A stretch of DNA of 60,152 nucleotides, filler included, from Basidiobolus meristosporus CBS 931.73 (taxonomy: Eukaryota; Fungi; Basidiobolomycota), in the NCBI GenBank assembly GCA_002104905.1. It is 4 parts of 4 records of this genome, joined end to end, with 100 filler letters (N's around TTAATTAATTAA, not from the genome) between each part and the next. Parts side by side here need not be neighbours in the genome. Positions count along the whole stretch, not along the records: positions 48,153 to 60,152 come from MCFE01001260.1; 3 more parts are not named here. One strand, given 5' to 3'. The notes beneath the pieces are model-generated. The model was given only the letters and a program-made list of their open reading frames with translations. It did no database searches and was not told the origin of the DNA. Shown one piece after another: positions 51,561 to 60,152 of this stretch; position 1 is the stretch's first letter; each line of letters opens with the position of its first letter. A program made the position numbers and the translations under genes.

Positions 51561-52467
51561 GCAACTACCAAAATTTCAATATGTACAGTTGTAGTTCGCT
51601 GACCATAGGATAAATGCCACAGGGGCGAGTATGCACAAGATTAAGTATAGCTTATAGTACGCAACGCCCCGGTTGAACAAAGCTAATCTCCTTAGGAGTT
51701 TCCTAGTAATCCCAGGATGATGCTTATCAAGCAAGATGAACAGGGCATAGCAGTAGTGCGATGATTTCTACCGCTTAATATGGAAATATTGCTCATCCGA
51801 CGTGAGCAAAGCTGATTGCTCAGTTATGAATCTGAACAAACAGTCCTCAGTCGGATGGCTTGTTACTCAGTCGAGCTTCCTCGAGCCGTACAAGAATAGA
51901 CTATGGAGGGTTTATTAATAACTTCCTGCTGTACCACCATATTATATGAGTCTAATCAGGAGTACAAGTGGGGATCCAATTTGATGGATTGGAGTGCATA
52001 TATGCTAGTCTATTTGAGTAATGATGAGCGAACCTGTCAACTCATTCAGTCAAAAACGGACTATTGCTTTGATGGTTACTTTAGAGTTAGTTAGTGAGCC
52101 AGGGTACTCTAGCCTTCAGTCCCTTCCCTTGTGCCTAAATTTGTAAATCGCTTATTTTATTCACGCCTCTCACACACTGCACATGATGGTGATCGGGATC
52201 CATCAGAAAATTCCCCCAAATCCCTGCTATTAATAGACTTTCCAAGTTGGTGAGATGCTCCCTTGAGGTGATGAAAGTAAAATGCGATTTAGCTTTGAAA
52301 AATGCCAGTCAAAAAATGCGATTTAGCTTTGAAAAATGCCAGTCAAATATTCCCCAGTCCGACTGTCTATGCAATCATCACTCGAGCGTGAATTTTAAGG
52401 TTATAGCACGCGGTATAAAAGAATGCTAATCTGCACTGCAAGTAGCAACAAACCTTCAATCCACACG

Positions 52468-53484
52468 ATGCATTCAACACTACGCATCCTTCTCCAAGAT
52501 GACGCCCTTTTCACAAATACTTTCAGCGCTGACGATGCCTCATCAATGGCTCTTCGAGGAAGCATTATCTTAAGTACAAGCACCATCCTGAAAGTCAAAA
52601 AAATAAGTCTTCAGTTCCATGGGAGACTATCCATGCAGTTTCCGGCTGCCATTAAAAAAACTCGTCGTGATCTTGTGTATCAAACAGTCATTCTATTTGA
52701 CCATGAGAAACCCATTCCATTTACCGGTCAGCATACTGTTCCGTTCGAGCTTCTACTACCTTGCGACCTTCCAGAATCATTCCAAGGAGAGTTCGGGAAA
52801 GTCAAATATACGCTAAAGGCTGTAGCTGAAACCTCGTTCATCAATGCCAATTTAAAGTCTGAGGTAGCTGTACCTGTTCTGCGCAATCCAGACTGGAAAT
52901 ACGATCCAAAGTACGAGTATATAGTTGAGGATATCGCCCAAGGCAAACTCGCATGCAATGTCACGCTACCAAAATCAGGTTACAATCCTGGAGAGAAGTT
53001 CGACATCAAGGTGTCCACGCTGCCTTTGAGAGCTGGCTTGTGCTTGTCCAATATAACCTGTACGCTATACGAGTATACTGAGTTCTATATTCCCGCAAAA
53101 AATGATCAAACTGTTGTGTCAGCAGCCGACTTCCTGAAGCGCCTGGATATTATGTCCAAATCAATGCGCATCCTAGAATACGGGAAAATTATTCCAATGG
53201 CAGTACCAGAGGATGCTAGTTGTAGTTGCTCTAACTACAACGTTGTAATCCATCACAGGTTGGATGTTCGAATCAGCTATAAAACAATTGAGGAGGGAGA
53301 AAGCTCTATCACCGTTAAGATCCCGATCAGTGTAGTCTCGCCCATAATTGCTCCAGAGGCGGAGCAGCTTCCGAAGTATCACGCAATCAAACAGCCACCT
53401 TCCTATTATGCATCATCCAGTACCCTTTCCGATGAGACCATGCCATCTATGCCGCCAACTAGTTACTCTCCAGACTACTTGTAA
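52468..53484 (+). CDS. Alpha-arrestin (ART/Rod1-like ubiquitin-ligase adaptor), intronless
   Basis: LRGSIIL...KISLQFHG, PFELLLPCDLPESFQGEFGKVKYTLKA, LPKSGYNPGEKF, HHRLDVRI; C-terminal PY-like motifs LPKY and PPSY. Upstream ATG at 52423 possible. Confidence 0.92.
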   Translation: MHSTLRILLQDDALFTNTFSADDASSMALRGSIILSTSTILKVKKISLQFHGRLSMQFPAAIKKTRRDLVYQTVILFDHEKPIPFTGQHTVPFELLLPCDLPESFQGEFGKVKYTLKAVAETSFINANLKSEVAVPVLRNPDWKYDPKYEYIVEDIAQGKLACNVTLPKSGYNPGEKFDIKVSTLPLRAGLCLSNITCTLYEYTEFYIPAKNDQTVVSAADFLKRLDIMSKSMRILEYGKIIPMAVPEDASCSCSNYNVVIHHRLDVRISYKTIEEGESSITVKIPISVVSPIIAPEAEQLPKYHAIKQPPSYYASSSTLSDETMPSMPPTSYSPDYL

Positions 53485-53792
53485 TTATTTATTATACAAG
53501 ATACGTCGTTGCAAGCTATCCTCGCTCTATACGGCTTACTTGAATACTGAACTCTATAACAGTCGAATTTTTGATTCCATAATCCATATCCCTTGTAGAA
53601 ATTTCTCACTTAGATTGTAATCGTTTTTACTGATACCGCCATCCTTTTTGATGTGGTTCCCTACACGTGTTCCAATTCCTCACACAGCCAAATACAAAGT
53701 ATTTATAATACATTAGAGAGTCAGTAGCTGGGTTTTGTAATTCTCATTTGTTACACTCGTATGTAGCTGAGAACATAAATCTCATGTAACAC

Positions 53793-54090
53793 CTGATGTA
53801 AAATTTGTACCTTTAATTAATACCAATGACTTGATCACTTGGGTTATAACTCAACAACCTTGGTATTTTTGCCTATATTCTTTGTTTGGATGTACTCGGG
53901 ATATTTTACCAAAATATTGGGTATCCCAGAACATATGAATTCTCTGGGTTGTCTAAGTACCCTTAAGCCTTGTGCATATATTAGTAGGCCCATCATAAGT
54001 ATATTGCACATGTCTGCTTTATGAGTGGTGTAAGTTTTGCAACTACAACTAAATATTCACCTAAATTAGTCACAAACATCATTGACTACA
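53793..54090. mobile_element. Degenerate copia-type LTR fragment
   Basis: Patches such as TGATGTAAAATTTGTA and AAATATTCACCTAAATTAGTCAC resemble the 56440 LTR. Confidence 0.45.
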
Positions 54091-54091
54091 A

Positions 54092-54913
54092 GGGTTAGGG
54101 GGGATACAATCATCAACAGGTGAAATCTTTATTTCAGTTAAAACAAAAAAGCCAGCACTACTGTAGGAGCTTTGATACAATAATATGTAGCTAAGGGGAA
54201 TTGGTAGTTAAGTTAATAAGTAGAGATAAAAGTTCTTCAGTGCTAAAGACATTGTTGGCAGGAAGGGGGGTAGTAAGAGGGCTAAGAATGATTGGTGAAC
54301 AACATTAATGAGGGGAATATGATCAGGGTTGATATTCATCATAAAGGGAGTGTGCTGCTTCAGGTATTACTGCCAAAGGTCTGTCAAGTACCTCTGGTAG
54401 GCCAGCTTGGGTATTTATGACTGCAGAATATAATGAGCAAACTTCTTGACTTCAGGATCTCCAAGTATAGTTCTCCAGCAGGAGCCAGGTGTTGTGTGGT
54501 GTGTTCTCTTCCAGGCCTTAATCAGTGGGTTGTTGCAGTTGTGAAGTCTGAGATATAATCTGGTTCTAAGGTAAAGAAGTTTGATCTTATAGGGCATAAA
54601 CCCAAAAGCACCAAGAATAGCATATCTGTAGGGGCATTCAGCCAAATGAGGCACCAAGGAGGTAATGCACCATACTGCAAATTTGTCAAGCTTAGTGCAG
54701 TCTCTAGAAGTAAGAGAGAGAAGTGGTAAGCCAAATTCCAGGACAGGGAAGACAAAATGCTTGAGTAGAAGGAGGCAGCTGGAAGCTGAAGTTGTAGGAG
54801 GAGTAACAGCCAGTAGCTTGTGGAGTGCCTGTCTTGCCAGGATAATTCTCTTTTTCAGGTGTGCTCCAGAGTCTAGTCCAGCAGGAAGGAAAGGAAAGCC
54901 AAGATATGTAGCA
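54092..54913 (-). mobile_element. Telomere-attached LINE copy A1 (5'-truncated; 3' part more diverged)
   Basis: GGGTTAGGG + G-run + degenerate 3' motif at 54098; RT C-terminal region; cut at ...ATYLG. Confidence 0.85.
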
Positions 54914-56439
54914 GGGTTAGGGGGGAGACAGTCACCAACAGGTGAAATCTTTATTTCAGCTGAAACAAAGAAGCCAGCGCTACTGTTGTAGCTTTGATAC
55001 AAGAGTGTGTAGCTGAGGGAATTTGTAGGTAAGTTAATAAGAAGTGATGATAGTTCTTCAGCGCTCAAGACACTGTTCAGTGGGAAGGGGGGTAGTAAGA
55101 GAGGTAAGAATGACTTGTGAACAACATTAATGAGGGGAATGTGATAAGGATTGATATTCATCATAAAGGGAGTGTGCTGCTGCAGATATTGCTGCCAAAG
55201 GTCTGTCAAGTACTTCAGGTAGGCCAGCTTGGGTTTTTCTGACTGCAGAATGTAGTGAGCAAACTTCTTGACTTCAGGATCTCCAAGTATAGTTCTCCAA
55301 CAGGAGCCAGGTGTTGTGTGGTGTGTTCTCTTCCAGGCCTTAATCAGTGGGTTGTTGCAGTTGTGAAGTCTGAGATATAATCTGGTTCTAAGGTAGAGAA
55401 GTCTGATTTTATAGGGCATAAACCCAAAAGCACCAAGAATAGCATGTCTGTAGGGGCATTCAGGCAAATGAGGCACCAAGGAGGTAATGCACCAAACTGC
55501 AAACTTGTCAAGCTTAGTGCAGTCTCTAGAAGTAAGAGAGAGAAGTGGTAAGCCAAATTCCAGGACAGGGAAGACAAACTGCTTGAGTAGAAGGAGGCAG
55601 CTGGGAGCTGAAGTTGTAGGAGGAGTAACAGCCAGTAGCTTGTGGAGTGCCTGTCTTGCCAGGATGATTCTCTTTTTCAGGTGTGCTCCAGAGTCTAGTC
55701 CAGCAGGAAGGAAAGGAAAGCCAAGATATGTGGCAGAAACCTGAGCAGGTAGAGTGGAGTTCTCCAAGTTGATGGGAGAGCCCAAAGGTACTGTCTTTGC
55801 AATGGAAAGCTGGAGATTATTCTTCTGCAGACACTGGTGGATGGTCTGGGAGTCTTGTTGCACATTGGAGGAGGATATTCCAATGTCATCAGCAAAGAGA
55901 GTAACCAGGCAGTCAGCTGAGGGTCTTGGGAAATCATTCAGGAAGATGGCAAACAGTATAGGACCAAGCACAGAGCCTTGAACCACTCCATTAGGAACTG
56001 AGAACACAGCTGATTGCTCACTTGGGTGAAGAATTCTTGCATGTGGATCCAGAAACAGAGACCTGACAAGGAGGGTGAGAGAGGTACTGGAGAAGCATTG
56101 CAACATGGACCAAAGCAGATTTCTGTCAACTGAATCAAAGGCCTTAGTAATATCAAACAGAACAGAGGGATACTTGAACTGGAGAGAGTAATCTTGGCTA
56201 AGTATGACTGCATATTCCAAGGAGAGGCCAGGAACAAAGCCAAACTGTGCAGGGTGAAACTTGAGGTAGTCAGAGTAGAGCTCTGGAGCAAGCAGCAGCT
56301 CAAACACCTTTCTGCAGGTGGGCAGCAGAGATATTGGCCTGTAGGAGCTAGGATCCAGGTGCTTTCCTTTACCCTTGTACAGTGGCAGAACATTTGCAAA
56401 GGACCATTCCTCAGGAGTAGAAAGCTGGGCTGAGCATTG
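54914..56439 (-). mobile_element. Telomere-attached LINE copy A2 with RT core, interrupted by a copia insertion
   Basis: GGGTTAG6-AGACAGTCACCAACAGGTGA junction; RT motifs YRPISLL, QFGF, DITKAFD, GVVQGSVLGP, FADD, YLG. Confidence 0.93.
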
Positions 56440-57591
56440 TGTTGTAAAATTTGTATTTCCACCTAAATATTCACCTAACTTAGTCACTTAGATCATCACC
56501 TTCAAATCCTAGAGAATACTGACCAAATTCCTTGTTGGGATTTACTTAGAATATTTTCACCAAAATACCAGGTACCCAAAACATGAAAATTCTCAAAGTT
56601 GTCCAAACAGCCCCAAACTTTGCACACATGTTCTTGGGACCTTCCTTAACCTATTCTACGTGTTTGTAATGCCAAGACCAGGTTAAAGTATAAATACCAC
56701 TTTTACATTCAATAAATCATTAAGTGAAAACCACATAATCTACTTGTTCTCCCAATCACTTCCAATATCTCCAAGACTCTTACAACAGGTTATGAGCCCC
56801 GAGCTGTCACTCTCTGCAATGTCTACTACTGCTATTACTGGAATTTTTCCCTCTGCTGAAAAGTTGGATGGATCTAACTACCCAGTGTGGAAGGTGAAGA
56901 TGAAGATGCTGCTACAAGAAAGAGGCCTTTGGGATATTGTCATGGGAGAAGAATGCCCTCCTAAAAACGTGGGAGAGGAAGCCTTAAAGTACCAGAAGAA
57001 AGAACAAAGTGCCTTTAACTGCATTTGCCTTAATGTCAAGGACAAATTGCTAATTCAATGCTCAAGAGCAAAAACGGCAAAGAATGCCTGGAAGGCATTA
57101 GAAGACACCTACCAGTCATGTTCAGCTGCCAAGAAAATGTATCTGAGAAGAAAATTCTTTACTACAAAGATGCTGCCAGGAGAAGAAATGAAAAATCTAA
57201 TTAACAGAATTACCCTGCTGGTAGATGAGATGGAATCTGTGGGCGTACCAACTACTGATGAGGATGTGATAGTTACCATCCTGAATAGCCTGACAGACAA
57301 GTTTCAGGGCCTTGTATCAGCCCTAGAGTCCAGAACTGAAGATTTGACCTTAAATTACGTATATGGAAGGCTCCTGGATGAAGAATTAAGAAAATCAAGC
57401 GCTAATAAGAAGGAAGAAGAAAATGCTTTAATAAGCAATGATAGCCAACAAAGGAGATACCCAAGACCCTACAAAGGCAACAGCAACCTGTTTTGTAGCT
57501 ACTGCAAAAGGAAAGGACACACATCAGACCGGTGTCTCAAAAAGAAAGATAATCAGCAAAAGAAGCCTGAATATGGAAATGCTGCAACAAC
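56440..57591 (+). mobile_element. Ty1/copia 5' LTR (56440-56787), PBS and gag, truncated and capped by telomeric repeats
   Basis: PBS GGTTATGAGCCC; gag with knuckle CSYCKRKGHTSDRC; ends at TTAGGG (57592). Confidence 0.92.
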
Positions 57592-57627
57592 TTAGGGTTA
57601 GGGTTAGGGCTAGGGCTAGGGTTAGGG
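57592..57627 (+). repeat. Short telomeric tract (TTAGGG)3(CTAGGG)2TTAGGG
   Basis: Seen directly. Confidence 0.95.
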
Positions 57628-57760
57628 GGGGGAGACAGTCACCAACAGGTGAAATCTTTATTTCAGTTGAAACAAAGAAGCCAGCGCTACTGTTGTAGCT
57701 TTGACACAAGAGTGTGTAGCTGAGGGGAATGTGATAAGGATTGATATTCATCATAAAGGG
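57625..57760 (-). mobile_element. Short LINE copy (3' end only) with an internal deletion
   Basis: Family A 3' end; about 130 bp deleted between two TGAGGGGAAT direct repeats; ends at AAAGGG|TTAGGG. Confidence 0.88.
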
Positions 57761-58250
57761 TTAGGGTTTAGGGGGGAGGAAAGTCACCAAGTGGTGAAAT
57801 CTTTATTTACTTATGACAAGTATCTAAAGAAGCCATGTTAATCTGAAGTAATTCCTAGAAAGCTAGGTCTGAGAGATATCTTCCTGGTAAGCCAGGTCTG
57901 AGAGTTGAGAAGCTGAGTGGTACTATATTTCCTAGTTAGCTAGGTCTGAGAGAGGTTTCCTGGAAAGCCAGGCCTGAGAAGTGAGAATCTGAATATATCT
58001 GAGCTAAGTTATACTGGTTTGCGGTAGCTGAATTGTGGCCGGAATGGCCAGTAGACTGGGGGAACTGAGAGGAATTTCTGGGCGATCACTGGCCAAATTT
58101 ACTAGGCAAATCTGGCCAATTAGCATTTCAAGGATTTCAGCCAATCAGAGCCTTTACTTTGCCCGATGGTTGATCAAGCCATCTCCCAATGAGCACACAT
58201 CAATTTATTAATCAAATTTTGCTGGATCCAGGATTTGAACCCACAACCAT
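57761..58250 (-). mobile_element. Family B non-coding element (putative tRNA-derived SINE) attached to TTAGGG-TTTAGGG
   Basis: Shares the 3' motif with family A; four CCTRG-N4-CYAGG hairpins; B-box-like GGTTCAAATCC (minus strand of 58231-58241); no ORF. Confidence 0.75.
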
Positions 58251-60152
58251 GGGTATGGGTTAGGGGGGGAGACAGTCACCAACAGGTGAAATCTTTATTT
58301 CAGTTGAAACAAAGAAGCCAGCACTACTGTTGTAGCTTTGATACAAGAGTGTGTAGCTGAGGGGAATTTGTAGGTAAGTTAATAAGAAGTGATGATAGTT
58401 CTTCAGCGCTCAAGACACTGTTCAGTGGGAAGGGGGGTAGCAAGAGAGGTAAGAATGACTTGTGAACAACATTAATGAGGGGAATGTGATAAGGGTTGAT
58501 ATTCATCATAAAGGGAGTGTGCTGCTGCAGATATTGCTGCCAAAGGTCTGTCAAGTACTTCAGGTAGGCCAGCTTGGGTTTTTCTGACTGCAGAATATAG
58601 TGAGCAAACTTCTTGACTTCAGGATCTCCAAGTATAGTTCTCCAGCAGGAGCCAGGTGTTGTGTGGTGTGTTCTCTTCCAGGCCTTAATCAGTGGGTTGT
58701 TGCAGTTGTGAAGTCTGAGGTATAATCTGGTTCTAAGGTAGAGAAGTCTGATCTTATAGGGCATAAACCCAAAAGCACCAAGAATAGCATGTCTGTAGGG
58801 GCATTCAGGCAAATGAGGCACCAAGGAGGTAATGCACCATACTGCAAACTTGTCAAGCTTAGTGCAGTCTCTAGAAGTAAGAGAGAGAAGTGGTAAGCCA
58901 AATTCCAGGACAGGGAAGACAAACTGCTTGAGTAGAAGGAGGCAGCTGGGAGCTGAAGTTGTAGGAGGAGTAACAGCCAGTAGCTTGTGGAGTGCCTGTC
59001 TTGCCAGGATAATTCTCTTCTTCAGGTGTGCTCCAGAGTCTAGTCCAGCAGGAAGGAAAGGAAAGCCAAGATATGTGGCAGAAACCTGAGCAGGTAGAGT
59101 GGAGTTCTCCAAGTTGATGGGAGAGCCCAAAGGTACTGTCTTTGCAATGGAAAGCTGGAGATTATTCTTCTGCAGATACTGGTGGATGGTCTGGGAGTCT
59201 TGTTGCACATTGGAGGAGGATATTCTGATGTCATCAGCAAAGAAAGTAACCAGGCAGTCAGCTGAGAGTCTTGGGAAATCATTCAGGAAGATGGCAAACA
59301 GTATAGGACCAAGCACAGAGCCTTGAACCACTCCATTAGGAACTGAGAACACAGCTGATTGCTCACTTGGGTGCAGAATTCTTGCTTGTGGATCCAGAAA
59401 CAGAGACCTGACAAGGAGGGTGAGAGAGGCACTGGAGAAGCATTGCAACATGGACCAAAGCAGATTTCTGTCAACTGAATCAAAGGCCTTAGTAATATCA
59501 AACAGAACAGAGGGATACTTGCACTGGAGAGAGAGATCTTGGCTAAGTATGACTGCATATTCCAAGGAGAGGCCAGGAACAAAGCCAAACTGTGCAGGAT
59601 GAAACTTGAGAGAGTCAGAGTAGAGCTCCTGAGCAAGCATAAGCTCAAACACCTTTCTGCAGGTGGGCAGCAGAGATATTGGCCTGTAGGAGCTAGGATC
59701 CAGGTGCTTTCCTTTACCCTTGTACAGTGGCAGAACATTTGCAAAGGACCATTCCTCAGGAGTAGAAAGCTGGGCTGAGCATTGCTGAAACAGTGGAAGC
59801 AGAAGTGCAGACATGGCCTTGGTACTAGTCTTCAGAAGCTCATAGGAGATTGTGTCCACACCTGGAGCAGTAGAGTTGGGAAGCCTCTTGAGGACATTAT
59901 GGATTCTTGTTGTATCCAAGAGAAAGTGTAATAAAACTCTTGAATGGTTTAACTGAACCAAAGGGACAATTAAGTGCAGAATCTTAGAATTGTCAGAGAG
60001 TGGCGGAAATATTAGCAGAAAGATTCTGATCTAATATTGGTCTTGGATATAGCTGGGTTGGCTATAAAGGCAACGATATTTGTTTGCTAGGCAGGCTAGG
60101 CTTGGTGTTCTTTGGAGTGCTAGATATACTAGGCTTGGATAGAAACTAGAAC
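58251..60152 (-). mobile_element. Telomere-attached LINE copy A3, longest copy, continuing beyond the window; RT ORF 58324-59961
   Basis: GGGTATGGGTTAG7 junction; RT from LKRLPNSTAPGVD through FADD and YLG. The frame is open to the window edge except for one TAG at 60031-60033. Confidence 0.93.

Noticed and set aside
57854-57972. CRISPR-like array of palindromic repeats
   Set aside because: Eukaryotic context, 14-bp cores, spacers that are short and themselves duplicated, and no cas genes.
58219-58252. Functional tRNA gene
   Set aside because: Only a T-arm/B-box-like half is present; there is no D-arm or complete acceptor stem.
58324-59961. Telomerase (TERT) or Penelope-like RT
   Set aside because: Motifs (APGVD, YRPISLL, QFGF, GVVQGS, FADD) are those of non-LTR LINE RTs; no telomerase T motif.

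Overview
Fungal genomic DNA with short GT-AG introns (CTAAC branch points) and TTAGGG telomeres; the gene set suggests an early-diverging lineage (inference). The window is four contigs (1-20051, 20152-38461, 38562-48052, 48153-60152) joined by 100-nt N spacers containing TTAATTAATTAA, so adjacency across gaps is unproven. Host genes: a DAACS (GltP/DctA-type) symporter, a Bud6/Aip3-like protein, a spliced 92-aa membrane microprotein absent from the ORF track, a TPS2-type trehalose synthase/phosphatase with about 13 single-base frameshifts (probably consensus errors), an LRR fragment, a GH5 exo-1,3-beta-glucanase and an alpha-arrestin. The rest is nested, CpG-depleted transposons: CMC/CACTA elements, two Ty3/gypsy families, Ty1/copia copies and solo LTRs, a non-autonomous copia with apparently identical LTRs, and a 733-bp foldback MITE. 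The main candidate novel system is a telomere-attached retroelement pair. A LINE-type RT element (family A) and a non-coding element with a tRNA-like head (family B, SINE-like) share a 3' AATAAA + stem-loop + oligo-C end. Every copy is joined by that 3' end to TTAGGG repeats in the same orientation, interleaved with telomere-healed breaks. One contig ends in a ~250-bp (TTAGGG)n tract.
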